58,350 nucleotides of DNA, filler included, from Sphacelaria rigidula (GCA_964200075.2; 8 parts of 8 records of this genome joined end to end with filler, not necessarily neighbours in it); one strand, 5' to 3'. Counted from the whole stretch's first letter, positions 37,175 to 51,144 are shown. Program-made: numbers and translations. The notes: a model not told the origin generated them from the letters alone.

Positions 37175-40100
37175 TCACTTTGACTGATATATTGAAACCA
37201 CCAGTGATATGAACTTGATTACATATATATCCACTATCATGTCCTGGCCATGTACTTTAGGAGAGTAGTATATGTATGAAGATACTATAGCATATATGCC
37301 CCTGTTTTCACACTGATACCAGGCTCTAGAGGCAATATTCTTGGCATGCTGCAATGTCCGAGGGTTGGGGATGGCGAGTGTAGTATAGTGCAGTATGTAT
37401 GCGTGACACCCCGCCTTCCCCTCCTTTTTCATGTACGCTTCTCCACCAACGTCGTGACGAGATTCATTACTGGTCAAAGCTAAGCACGTGAGCCCCCTAC
37501 CATACACCCTAGTGTACCAAGTAAGCTGTTTCTAATATCCTGTTTTACAAGTAGGGAGGTACTATTTCAACTACCGTAGCCAGGCACGTAGACCCATTTC
37601 GTGGAGCTCTTCAGTCTTCCATCGCCCACAGCATCCAGCTCCTTTCAGTTTGTCATGTTGGATGAGTCTTTGGCATTACTGGAACATCCACAGAGATGGG
37701 AGGGCCACAGCACGGCAGCTTGTGAAGGGTAAGCCAAACTACTGGTTGAGTCACTGAAAACGCGTTCACATTACTGTCACCCTCATCGGCCCCCTCAGAG
37801 GTCAGCGGTCGCCGCATCGTCGCAGTCCACACCTGTTGCTGTTGTGTACTACCATGGTCTGTAGCTAGACAGGAGCTGCCTATACGTCGGCCAACATCGA
37901 TAGTCATGCCATAGGGTTTGGCGAAAAACGACGCCAGCGAAAATGGGTTCGATCCCAAGGGGAAAGACTCTTGTTCCAGTCTTCCCGACGGAACTGGTTA
38001 TTTGTGCTGGTATTGATAAATCGGCTTTGAAATGAACCGTACACGCGGATAAGCTGTTTGCGCCGCACTTTCGATTCATTCGCATGGATGCAGCATTTTT
38101 TTATCCAGCGTGAACCATTTATCACCGAGCGGCTGGAATCATCAGCCTCCTAGCTGTAGCAGCCACAACATCACCGTCACCTTGTGCATTCATAGCATGC
38201 CACCTCCGAACGTATCATTCATGTTTTTGTAAGCCGCTGCGACTCGGTGGTATAATGATCCGACTGTCGCCATTAGGGTGGAGAGAACGAGGGTTTGATT
38301 CCCGATGCATTGGGTTTTTTCTTCGTAATGTACGATTTTCACCGTGGAAAGCGTGAGAACGTGAGTAAACAAAGTAGTCGACTGAATTTGTGTGACGCGA
38401 GCTGACGCGGTGCGGGAGTGCTGACCCAAATCCGGGAGAATATAATGTAAGGCGCGTACCGGGGTAAAGATGGGTTGATTTCTTCAGAAAACGGGCTCAT
38501 CCCGAGGAAGGGGAGGTTCAAAGTGCGAGGGGAAAAAAATAATAAGGATACAATCACTCCTGGCTACCGCAGAGAAGAGCCTTTACTCCTACTTGATACA
38601 GATCGCCGTACGTCGTTGCACACACACACAAACACACAGCGGGGAGTGTGCATAAGCCATTCTTTTTTCCCCCTTGAAGGAAGGAGGAATCCTGACCCAA
38701 CACTTACCCTGTGAGCGAGTTCGTGTGCTGATTACCCGTAGACTCGACTAGACTCCCTCGCGCCGGTAATGTGGGAGGGGCGCCTCGAGCGTTCACCGAC
38801 TTTGCTCAAGGTAGTGTGTAGGTCCGACCCACTGAAACCCCCTGTTAACTTGGCGCAGTGCACGCGCTGCCCTACTCCTATGAGCTTCGGCATCAAGGGG
38901 GTGCATACTCATGTTCATGTTGACATGTCATCTTGTTGGCCACATTTATGTGAGTGAGACGTCAGCTCGGTACGAGGCACCTACAGAGTAAAACAGGACA
39001 CAGGACACAGCATATTCCATGATTCACGGCACACAGTACACAGTTATGGGGGTTATTGGGGCCCGATTTTGGGCACTATATGCCTGGAAAATGGACCGAC
39101 CAACTCCACAGTCAGTTGAATGCAGAAGAAATGAAACTTGAATGAGCCAATCAGTATCAATCACAAGTACACGCGTCACCCGAAATGACGACGGCGCTCA
39201 TACAAAGTGTTCTATTGTTATAGTACATTCTGCAACACACTGTGACGTTGCTGTACACCTGTACACAGGGTTACAACAACGGGAGGATAGGAGCTGCTGC
39301 TCGTGGTGTTGTTGTGCCCCTCTTGTTGCAGTATGTAGTTATGCTTATCTTTCAACTCTTTTTTCTCGGCAACGAGGCGGGGAATGGACTGCGGTCTGAT
39401 GCGTGCGCTTCCCTTACACCGGAACTATTCAGTGTGGCAACAGGTTTCCGTACGCGTGCCGCGGGGCCTGCAGCACTTTGCAAATCGCTGCACCAAACAC
39501 AAAATATTCTGAAAAACGCGTTTCCTGCAGCGTTCTGGGGCTTTTCGGATTCCCTGTGGCGAATGGAGCAAATCCGCTTGCGGTGCTGAAAAGGTCTAGT
39601 GTGTGTGCGGAGGGCTGTGAAGTTTCAGAGGCCGCTGTGCTTCATGTCTCGAGATAATTGCGATGAAAACAATTACACATGTCGCATACTAGACCTAGGT
39701 AACTTGGGATGGAGCGTGTGTCATTTTCGGCAGAGGTTCGGCTGAGGTTCGGCATAGGCCCGACCAGTCTACGACGTCTTCAATACGTCTTCAATATTCG
39801 CCCGCATTCATTTTATTTTTTGTGGGAAACGGATTTCTGGTCCGTGAAGCCTTCGTTCACCCCCATAACAGTACATTTGTTCCGAATTGTCATGTTTCCG
39901 AAAATCACACGTGACATTTGGTGAGACATGCTATTTAACACCTAACCAAATCACCCCCCTACACCACCACCACACCACACCACACCGCACATGCTGTACG
40001 CATATTATCCGAAACCGTCGTTTTTGTCCTTTGGCAGCCTTCAGACACAGCCAAGCAAAAGCACTAGTCATGGTATGAGAACAGGAAACGGTCCGGAGAT

Positions 40101-40429
40101 ACAATGGCTTCCGTTGCAAGTCCCGTGTCAGGGTGGGCATCAAGCAAGGGTCCGTGCCTGGGCTATTACGTTTTTTTTATCGATGTTCACGGTCGAACCG
40201 CTTTCATATCAGCGTGACCCGCCCATCACAGCCTGGTACTGGGAACGTACCAGTAGCATCCGTTTGTCAAAGTATGAGTCGTCCCTGGTGGTGGAGGAAT
40301 GGGTGATGAATGACCTGAGTCGTTCGATCGTGGGCCTCAATGATCATCATGTTCACGTGGCTCGTCTGATAGGCTGCGTGCCGAGGGTTATTCTGTACAT
40401 GATTCCACAGTAGTGCCGTTGGTAACACC

Positions 40430-41391
40430 AGTTGATTACGGTTAATGGCGTGTGCCTGTGTCGAGCGAGTCTATCTTCTCTCCTGCTTTTAACTTCGGTC
40501 CTTTGTGTTTTCTCCTCGACTGATACAGGCTCGGCTGCTGAGTTGCCGGCCGGGAAGAAGGTGATCTCGCCGCCATGCGCCTGTTCCATTTGCAAGAGCC
40601 TCCTCAAGGAGTCCAATACGAGCCGTGAGGTGACACCTCACATCTCGTATTGGACTCCTTGAGGAGGCACTTGCAGATAGAACAAGCGCAAGGCGGCGAG
40701 ACCGCCTCCTTCCCGGCGGACAACTCAACAGCCGAGCCTGTATCAGTCGAGGAGAAAACGAGCCGAGGAGAGAACGCAAAGGGCCGAAGTTAGGAACAGG
40801 AGAGAATATACCGCGTACTTATAGTGCAGTAATGAACAGGTCACAAAGTGACCCCACGCGTGTGGTAGGAGTGCAGAGGTGCTCGTACATGAAATGTTCC
40901 CGTGTCGAGCGAAGCTCTGTTCTCTCCGTTTGCTAACTTCAGCCCTTTGCTTTTTCTCCTCGACTGATACAGCCTCGGCTGGTAAGCTATTCCCTGGGGA
41001 GAACGCCGTCCCGCCGATAGTTGCTTGCTCTTACTGCAACATACTCCTAGAGGAAGAGAACACGAGCAGCGAGGTGACACCATATATTATGTCACCTCGT
41101 CATATGTATGGTGTAACCTCACTGCTCGTATTCTCTTCCTCTACAAGATTCTTGCAGTAAGAGCACGCCACCGTCGACGAGACCGCCTTTTGTCCCGTGG
41201 ATAGCTCACCAGCCGAGGCTGTATTGGTCGAGGAGAAAACGCAAAGGGCGGAAGCTAGGCACCGGAGAGAGCAGAGATTCGCTCGATACAAGCACACGTC
41301 ATCAACTGCCATCAACTGGTGAGTCCAGTACTGTACAGGTCACGAGGAGACCCTAGGCGTGTGGTGGGAGTGCAGAGGTGCGCGTACATGA
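40430..41391. repeat. Tandem pair of long imperfect palindromes built from four copies of one unit of about 170-200 bp
   Basis: Palindrome 1 spans about 40476-40806 (centre 40633) and palindrome 2 about 40903-41290 (centre 41071-41120). Each is followed by GCGTGTGGT.GGAGTGCAGAGGTGC.CGTACATGA. Confidence 0.9.
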
Positions 41392-42595
41392 CTGAAGGCT
41401 ATCTAAGTAGAATACATAGTTCCTCTGGCCCATGAGTCTGCTTGATTATGGGTAGGTGGTCGCTTGGGTGTAACGGTTTCAGTGACGATGCTGTAGCCAG
41501 GTTTTTTTAAATGGTGAATGCTGTAGTCAGGTTTTTTTAAATGGTAAATCCCAGACAATGCTGGTGCTAAAAAGAACGACTTACCTTCTATTCACACAAT
41601 GCGCCAAAATATACTCAAATTTGGTCTTCTGTGAGGAAGGCGTACCGCTAGAGTAGTCAGAGACCTACGAGGGAGACTGCCGTCCTGATGCCGAAGGAAC
41701 TCCGAGGCTGACGATGATTTCCTCTTGTATACGGAGGCAAGAAGTTGGGTCAGACGAGAAATGGTCGCCAAGGGTGACCAATTTTTCGGGGGATGTTGGA
41801 CCGTCCTAATATTAGGCTCTTCCTGGCATCACCCCGAGTTGTCTAGTTACGTTGGCACTACAGGGCCCTCGGTAATCTAGCCCTCGCGGACCGTTCCTAC
41901 CTTGTACCTGCATGCTCTGGTTCTTCATACACGTATGGCATCAGTCTCGGATATGTCACGGCCAAGAGGTGTCTTCAACACTTCTTCATGTGCTTTAAGC
42001 GTGTATATTTCAGAGTTTTTAGCATCACGTTGCAGTGACGGCGAGCACGAGGCTCTTTTGTCTTTTCGGCGTGTTCTTTCACCTGGAAAAGGGGCATAAC
42101 ATGGTCATTTTTGGACCGACTGATTGTTGTGGTCGTTCGGCCGCATGGGGGTAAGCGACAACAGGTGAAGAATAAACAAAAGAGGTTTCAACTCAACAAA
42201 CGCCGAAGACTGCAGTTAAAAAAACGAATAAAATAACGGACACCGTTATGGGGCCGTCCAAACATTAATAATCAAGCAGGCCTGTGGGACAGAGGAAGTA
42301 CCGCCAAGTTACGTATTCCCATCCTCAGACTAGACCCCGTTCGACGTCTCTCCCCTGAGAGGGGCCTCATTGAATCCTCATCAACACCGCCACTGCGCTC
42401 CTATGGTCAGCCATGAGGGCAGGACAATTTTTTGGCGAGTCTCTGCCAGTATCCTATCAATGCTGTACCGGTCAGGAGTCGGAGGCGTTTTGGTGCTTTT
42501 GAATCCTTCTCGTCTGTCGTGTTGTCATGCTCTCGATACTGAGGTACGAACTATTGTACGGCCCTTCTTCTACCCCTCCCCCACTGCCAATACAG

Positions 42596-43738
42596 GCTGG
42601 TCTGGCGAGACCCCGGCGTGCTCCGTCACGGCTTTGTAAGGGCGGGCCCCCGATGGGGTTGGCGTCGGTTGGCGATGGCGCTATAAAATGTGCCACTCAC
42701 CGCGTAAGCTAGGCAACCAGGTTACCGATTTGTTTTGCACGCTTGCGTTTTTTTCGCGGTAACCATGATGTTAGTCGAGCTAGATCATGTTTTGCGGCGT
42801 GGAAGAACCTCAACCGCACAATGGGTATGATCGCACTACGTAGTGTTGAAATGGTGAGACCCATCAGGCAGTGTATAAGCCATGGCTGTCTCTGGAAGTG
42901 GCGAAACAACCTCAGCAGGATGCAGTTTACCCCTCATGCGACTCGCCGAACACACCACGGCGCGCTTCACGCTTGGTGAGTGATTGCGAGCCTGGTCCGG
43001 CGAAAACCCTCCGCCCCGGCTTTGTAGGGATGCGAGGTCAATGGTCATAATACTATGGCATGCATGATGATGAGAGACCCCCCCCCCCCCCTCCAGGCAC
43101 GGCTACAGCTCGTGTTCCGGNNNNNNNNNNCGAGCAATCACAGCCGCCCGGGTCTTTGTGGGGTGCGCGGCTCATTTCCATTTCACGGTGGCGTTTAGGA
43201 ATATGGGTCCCCCCCCCCCCCCCGGGAGGTGAGACATCCATGAGGCAGTGTACAAGACGTGTCTGTCTCTGGAAGTGGCGATACCAGACGATGAAGCAGC
43301 TCATTGCAGGCTGCCATCCAAATGCCAGATAGTCAGTAGGCTTCGGGCCGAACAATCTAAGCAGGGTGCAGCTCACCCTTCATGCGACTCGCCGAGCAGA
43401 CCGCGGCGCTTCGCGCTTGGTAACCGAGTGCGAGCCTGGTCCGGCGAAAACCCAGTGTGCTCCGTCCCGGCTTCGTAGGGATGCAAGGTCAATGGTATGA
43501 CTATGGCATGCATGATCATGACTACACCCCCCCCCCTACGCCTGGTCCGGCGAGACCCCGGCGTGCTCCGTCCGGGCTTTGTAGGGGCGGGCCCCCGATG
43601 GGGTTGGCTTCGGTTGGCGAGACGCTATATAACACACCACTCAGTGCGTAAGCGAGGCAACCAGGTTACCGATTTTTTTGCGCACTTGCGTTTTTTTGCG
43701 GTAACCATGATGGTGGTCGAGCTAGATCATGTTGTGCG
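42596..43738 (+). mobile_element. Tandem cluster of an unclassified element of about 500-550 bp (42596-43091, about 43227-43537, 43540-43738)
   Basis: Unit layout is R - body - R - CATG-rich tail - poly-C, with R = GCCTGGTCCGGCGA.ACCC..CGTGCTCCGTCCCGGCTTTGTAGGG. Confidence 0.75.
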
Positions 43739-45173
43739 NNNNNNNNNNNNNNNNNNNNNNNNNNNNNNNNNNNNNNNNNNNNTTAATTAATTAANNNNNN
43801 NNNNNNNNNNNNNNNNNNNNNNNNNNNNNNNNNNNNNNGCCCAACCAATTTTTACGGCCAACGAGCAGCCCAGCGAGTGCGAGTGCCACGAGTCATACTC
43901 GTGCTCGTCCGACGTGTGAAAAAATGTGACCCCCCTCATTGAGGAGCTGCGAGGCTTAGAGGACAATAAAAACTCATTCCAAGCGGTGAGCGATTCAAAA
44001 ATCATTCATATGTAGCATGCAGAAAAAGAGACTCCGTGCGGAGCGGAGGATGGGAACGAGGAAACCAAGGCTGGCAGGACGTAGGGATAAGGGCGCAATT
44101 TTATTCATGTCCGGGCAGACAAACACGAATGTAGTTGAACAGCAAGCCATGGTGCATTTCGTATTTTGTGGTCGCGGGTTACCGTTTGTTATTTTTGTTT
44201 TCGGATGTCGTGCAATGAAACGACAAACCTTGGCATATATCCGCCATATCACTTCGATGTGTAGTGAGCATGTGCTGCATCATGTATGTTCGAAACGCAC
44301 GTCATCATGCAGTTGGCGATTCGCAATGGGATTTCGCGTTCGGAAGTTCCGCATCAAGCGTCCCGCCGTAAATAAGTCACCACTCTTTTTTTGTTTCTTC
44401 ATTCTGCTCACTCGACGGACCAGCCGTCGACCTACACGCTACGGCCGGAAAAAAAAAGAAGAAGCAGAATCACGAGGTACCAACGAAGCAAACGGGACAA
44501 AAAAAGCAGAAATCACCTGAAGTCATCGGCTGGTGACTGGCCCAGGGTAAACCCGTTCTGTATGTGTTACAGTATGGTACTACCACAGAACTCCAGACAC
44601 AAGTCGACCGAAACACGGAATACGAAGCATGAAGCTGTGCATCGCTGCTTCACGCGTCACTGACGCAAACAATTTCCGTCGACGCCTTCGAAGCGCCCTC
44701 CGTCTCGACTGATACTCCATATTTTTCTGCAACTGTAAAATGCAGGCCTGAATTGCGCAGTCAAATTATATATAATGGTGTAAGCATCTTTGTTATAAAA
44801 TCAGCATATTACAATCAGTGTAATGATAGCTGGTAACGGCAAACCTCGAATAAACTGAATAAACTGGCGCCCTCATCGCTAGTTCCAATTCAACTCCAGT
44901 CCCAGTTTCATCGACAGTATAAACTGGTCCAGTTCACAGCCCCAAACGAAACATATACATACAGCGAAACGTTCGCGGTTGGCTCGTGCAGTGTTTCATG
45001 TTACTGATTATCATCCGAAAAGCGCTTTGTACACGTCTTTGATAAAACAGACGGGAAAATAACGCCAGTGTGCTCGCTACAGCCGCACGCAAGCTACAAT
45101 GATACGTAACCATAGTAACTGCTGAGCACTTTTACTCTTCTGTCTGTACGATATTGTTGCAACCACCGCACAG

Positions 45174-48100
45174 ATTCGATGTCGACCTCAGTGCAAATCC
45201 CGCTGGGATAAGCGTCAAAAGTCTCATAAAAGAGGCCGACAAGAGCCTCATGAAAGCGGCCGCCGCCGCCGCCGCCGCCGCCTCAAGCACAGCGAGGGCA
45301 TGCGCGCACCCCGGCGCAAGCACCGCCACGCTGCCCAACGGTTGTGCAGTCACGACTGATGGCGCGGGCGCAGTAACAACTCAAAGCGCACCGGCGAACC
45401 GTGTCAATGGAATCCCGGGAGCGCAAGGAGGGGATAAGACGGCGACTGTGGGGACGGCACGGCCACCATCATCGGCTGTCGGCGATCCTGTCTCCGCATC
45501 GGACTCAGCGAATGGAATGAAAGTACCACCTGGCGAGACGGGAACCGCAGAGGTAAAGGGGAGCAGAGAGAGCCAGGATAAAACGTTAAGGGTACAGTAC
45601 TGGTTCGCCTGCAACACCTTGTTACAGTACTTGTTCGCCTGCAGCACCTTGTTCGTAAGCTGTGGGTTGACGGGATAGCTCCAAACAGGAAATTAGTTCT
45701 GGGGTGAGCAACCCACTCACTGTGGGCGTTGCCTGATTTTGTTTGGGAGCGGAGACTGGGAAGGAAAAGATTGTTGAGTGTCCAAAAACCAAGCGTGTTG
45801 TACTGAGCCTACTATCAAAATATGCTTAAACTACCATCAGCGAAGCAGAAGCATGTCAAAGTGTAAATTTCCCGTTATGTCTCACATTGCCCGTCTCCTC
45901 TTACTTTTGATCAAGAAGTCATCTAACATGTCATTGAAGGCAAGAAGAAAAATAGTCCAACCTGTTCGGCGGGAATGTTGGTGTAACGGTGAAATATGTA
46001 CCCTTCGTACACATATTCTCTCTTCAAGACGTCGAATGTACATTCCGCCGTACTTCGTAGCGCGTATATTCGTATGTTTGGTATACACGCCCGTTAAATA
46101 TCGTAATTTTCTGAAAATGTCAGGAGCCTGGCACACTATACCTACCGTCAGTGAAGCAGCAGCATGTCGAAGTTTACATGTCCGTTTAAATGTCCGACAT
46201 TTCCTGTCTCCTCTCCCCTTCTCTCCCATAGAATTCTGACGATCACAGGAAGTCGCATGATATGCCACGAGAGGCAAAACAGGGAGAATTCAACCTGATC
46301 GGCGGCTTTGAGTGATGCGCGTTTCACACATATAGACATGAGCAACGGCTTGTCTTTTTACTGGTCTTCTTTTAAACGAATCGTAAGATTGAGCAGTACA
46401 ATGGCACGACTATGAAGAGCTAAAGACAGTTCGTGGCTGTGTGCAGCATCACTACGAAGGCCATCTGGTGTCGCGGGATAAACATACAGACAGTAGGTAC
46501 AATGCCGAGGCAGTCGTTTTTTACCTCTCGCCGATAGTATTTTACAACAGGGCGTACGTGCTGCAGAAACTGTTCCTCCACCCATTCATTGGTCGCCACC
46601 TTTCGTTTCTCTTTCCTGCATTGTGCCCGTTACCCTGGTTCTCACACTACATCCGTGTACTTCGTGCCACACTTCGTCGCCTAGAGACCCGTGGCGAAGG
46701 GAAATACAAGCAGCGCGATGGAGGTTGCCGCCCCGGAGCTGAGCGAACCAACAGGGGTAAAGAGTACAACAGAAGACATCATCCGTGACAAGAAGCGCAA
46801 AATCGTCGGGATGAGCCTCATTGAGAGGCTGGAGCTCAAGTATGGCGGACAGGGGCTGGGAATAATGACAGATTCGGACGAGGAAAGTAGCGAGATGGAC
46901 AGCGAAGACGAACCCAGCAGCGCTGAGGAGAGTGGGGAAGGCGGTGGCGGTGGCGACGACGATGGGGCCGAGGGCGGGGCCGCCGGAGATAGTGGGGCGA
47001 AGAAAGTGGCCAAGAAAAAACGGAGGGTGGCAGACGAGCTCGATTACGAGGACGATTTTATCGATGATGCAGAGTTGGAAAAAGTTTTCTATGCCAAGGT
47101 ATACACAGTAGCAAAGAAATGCGGCAGAGAGGCCAGGTCGCCGCCTTCGCTGCCTGTGTGTTCTGCTCCCGTAAAGTTGCCATCTCCGCATCTGGTGGTG
47201 CATACCAGTTGTCTATCGACCGTGCCTGTCACACAGGGTTGCGATGCGCCCCGGAGCAGCTGTCTCGTCTAGTTAGTCTCTGCTGTGGTGCATGTTCTCG
47301 TTCGATCCCCTTGTGTCGTCTTATTCCGCCACCTCCGCTTTCGTTTTACATTCGATACTGTTCCCTACGTTGCTCACTCAAGAACAGGCGGCCGCGAGCA
47401 ACGCCAAAACGGTGCATACTGGCTTCTTCGCCAACCAGGGAGACGTTGAGACAATTGGACAGACCAAACCGGCGGGAGGCGGCAGCAAAAAGAAGAAATC
47501 TAGCGCCGAGGGTTCCGGTGGTGGGACGCCAGGAGGAGGGGATGGCGATTTCGTGAAAAAAAAAAAAAAGAAGGTGAGGAAGGGTCGTGCTATAGTAGGG
47601 GTTGGCATAGTATCGTCAAATACACGCATACGCAAAACATGCAGGCGAGAAACGGAAACCGGGCGAATGCGACACGGCTTTGGTGCACAGGTCCGCACCA
47701 ACTCGAACCTTGCAGGAAAACGTCAGTGTGAGAGATTCGCGGTCGTTCCGTTACTGGATGTTTTTTTGCGTCCCTTGACTGGCATATTCCCTGCGCTATC
47801 CCAATCGTTGTCCCAATCGCTGCTCGCAAATGACGTTCCTTGAACGAAAAGCCCAAAGCCGCTAGTCCTACAAAAGCCGAGGCGGGAAAGGGCGGCGACA
47901 CAGCGGCCCCAGCGAAGAAGAAGTCGAAGAAGAAACCCCCCGCTGCCGGCGGAGAAGGAGCGGGAGGAGGGGGGGCGGCAGGAGCAAAAGAAGCAGGAAC
48001 TTTGACCACTACAAAAACTTCCACCACGGCAGTAGCAGCTGCTGCTGCTGCTGCACCAATAGTATCAACAGCGACACAACCCTCCGCTTCCGCCACTGGC

Positions 48101-50979
48101 GATGTCGGTCAGTCATCTCCTGCAGCAGCCGCAGCACTTCCTGCTGCTTCTGTCGCTCCTAGTGGGACCACAGCCACCGCCAATGTCCCTGTCAACACAG
48201 GAACCAACTCTGGACCAACTTCTGTTGCAGCTGTTGACAACACCAGCGGTAGCAGGGGGGGCGGCGACGGGATCGTCACGACGCCCGGGGTATGTGTGGC
48301 AAGTGCCAGCACTCCCGGCGCGCAGGGTCCAGTCGCGCACACGAATGGTGACGTCCCAGGGAACACTGCCGCAATTGTGGCGACGGCGACGGCGACGGCG
48401 ACCGTACCCCAAGAAAAGGCAGTCACAGGGGTATCATCGGGGAATGCTGCGACGGGGGCTCAAGCAGATGACGTCGTGGTTGTGGAGCGAGATGTCGTGG
48501 GCACCTCCGCCGCAGTGAAGAACAGCAGTGATGTCGCCGCGAACACGGGCGGGGGTAGTGGTACGTCAGCAGTGGCTGGTGTCGGCGCTGGAAAGGGCGG
48601 AAGTGATGTCAAGGTCGCGACGGTAGATTCTGCCTCGAAGATGACCGCTTTGGACCCGACGCTGAGCGCAGCGCTGACTCGGTTCGAAGAGGGTGAGAGC
48701 TGTAGGAGGATGATCTGTGCTTTTCCAAAAGGGTCTCCCAACTACGTAGTACCTCGGTGTGCGGGCGCAGGGGAGGGTAAAGAACATATTTGTGTTTGGC
48801 AAACGTGAGGCAAATAAGTTGGTGATACACTGTCAGCGACAACCCTCTGCTTGCACAGGTCAAACTCTTCTCTCTCAAAGGCGTTGAGGACTGCGGGGTA
48901 TCTCTGTTCAAGAGTGGCGCTGAATTGCGCGAGAGGTAGCTTCGTGCGTGCAATACATCCTTTCTGCTCGCCCCCAGGGTCACGCCACTCGACGCGCCTC
49001 AACATACGACAAATTCCTCGTACAGGACACGCGTCGCCTCGCATTGTGAACTCGCCTTAGCGGGAACACTAGAGGGTATCATCCGATGCAGAAGCCCTGG
49101 ATGTGGATGGCCTGTAAGTCCACATGCACGTTGGGAACCCGATCTTTTCCTACCTCTTGCCTGTCTCGAACGCCCAGATTCCAAGCCCTGGGTAGACGCC
49201 GGTCGACCGGAGGGGGATCCTTCTGCCGCTGTGTTAGAAGAGTTGCTCAAGTTGGACGCTGTCCGGCAATCCGTCGAGGCAGCGCACGTCCCTTCCCTCT
49301 ATATCGAACGCCTCTCCGACATATACGGGAAGTCTACGCAGGAAGTCAAGGTACGGATTTTCTTCCCTAAATAGTAAAACATGCTTGAGATCGAAGCCCT
49401 GCCTTGGGAAGTTTTCCGTGGTGTCTGTACTGCACCGGCTAGTGTGTGCGGATTAATGTTCACCTTTGATGCGAAACGAAATGCAATGCGATCGGTGCTT
49501 GAACCGCCGCACAGGGTACAACCGCGCCTTGTTTGTCATCCTCTCGCTCTCCATGCTACGTTTCCCCTCGCTCTTGCGTGCAGAGCATACTCATCACGGT
49601 TCGGACAAGGGCACACAAGGAGGATTGCCAGACGCTGAAGGTTGAACTTGATTCTCTGAAAGCCGAATTCGCACAGAAGGTTTGTACAGCTGACGAAGAG
49701 TGCAGGGGGACGGTTGCTGTCGTTGCGGGAAGGGTGCAAGCCGTTTGAGGAGACTGGACGTGCTTTGCCCAGTTGGATCGGTTCGGGCTGTGACTCGCCA
49801 TGAAATGACCAAAGCGTCTTTTGCTGTTGCTCGCCCGTGTCAACCGAGATTGCCGGGCACCCCCCCCAAAAAACCGGCGAACATTCATGTCCTGTCGTTG
49901 GAGAATATTGGTGTCGATGAACTAATGTAATTGTCAATATTTTTCACCTGTAAAAAGAATGCGCTCTTGTATCGGAAGGGGCAAGCTTGGATGACCATTT
50001 CTTGACCCATTTTTCATTTTTCTGCCGTCCCGTCACCCTCGTCTCGTCTTCGACCCACCGACAGTAACACCTTCTACGTTGTTGACATGTTGAACTCCTA
50101 GGTATCGGCGAACATCACCGTGCTCAAAGGTGCTGTTGGGCAGCAGCTAGTCCCACCGTTCCACTGGACTGACCCTCTCCGCGGAAAGTTGCACGATCTC
50201 GTCCGGGCGTTCGAAGCCTGGGCGGGCAAGGAGCTCGGGTGCGTTTTTCCTCCGGGTTCATGTTTCGCGTTGTCTCGAAGCTGTCTCGACCCGCTTGATT
50301 CTACCTTACGCATGTAGACAACCAGTTGTATTTCGCTTGTCGCGCTTCGCAGACGTGGCAAGACGAGAACCAGCACACAGCATCGACAGTATGATCCCGG
50401 CTCAGCTTGAAGTACAATTCGCCCCCAGCAACACCTGTCCTTGAGTCACTCCTGTTTCGGCGGCGTCAGGTGGACGGAACATGTAGGTGGAACCGTTCCG
50501 TGGATGTTCTATACCTATCATAAAAAATCTATTGTAATGTGCTCTCTGCGTGCAACTATCCAACACCTTCACATCGCTCAAATTCTCGCGTTCAACCATA
50601 CCTTGTGTGCTGTGTTGTCACAGGGGGCTGCGGACAAAGCAAGCGATCACTGCGATCAAAGAATTATATGAACAGGTGAGAACACGGTTCTATCTTACGT
50701 ACAGCTATCGTGTGCGTTCTTCGATCTACCGACGTACGTCTTGCGTCGGTTTGCCCCCCACTGGCGGGTTCTTCGCTGAATGAAGCGGTGTTCTGCCGCG
50801 ACTTGCATTTTATTGTAGCGTTGACATTGTCGACATATTCGCCGTGCGTTTGCTACCCCCCCTTTGTTTGGCGCGCCAGCTTTCTCAATTGTGGCCAGCG
50901 GAGTTGACCATGACACCAGACGACGTCAAGAAGATGTACTTGAACGAGAAGCGGCGAATCAGGACCAAAGCAAATAAAG
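45174..50979 (+). CDS. UBN: Ubinuclein/HPC2 homologue (HIRA histone-chaperone complex), partial; exons 45174-45552, 46685-47098, 47388-47573, 47852-48692, 49178-49350, 49584-49679, 50102-50238, 50624-50675, 50880-50979
   Basis: All junctions are AG/GT and phase-compatible. SLIERLELKYGG, LDYEDDFIDDAE and GFFANQGDV form the Hpc2-related (HUN) domain. RFDVDL..ISVKSLIKEA matches the N-terminal motif, and FHW...LYEQLSQLWP resembles the ubinuclein middle domain. Confidence 0.88.
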
Positions 50980-51144
50980 GTGCGTGGAAAAGCGGAAAAA
51001 ATTGCATACGTCGGACGAGCACGAGTGTCACTCGTGGCACTCGTNNNNNNNNNNNNNNNNNNNNNNNNNNNNNNNNNNNNNNNNNNNNTTAATTAATTAA
51101 NNNNNNNNNNNNNNNNNNNNNNNNNNNNNNNNNNNNNNNNNNNN

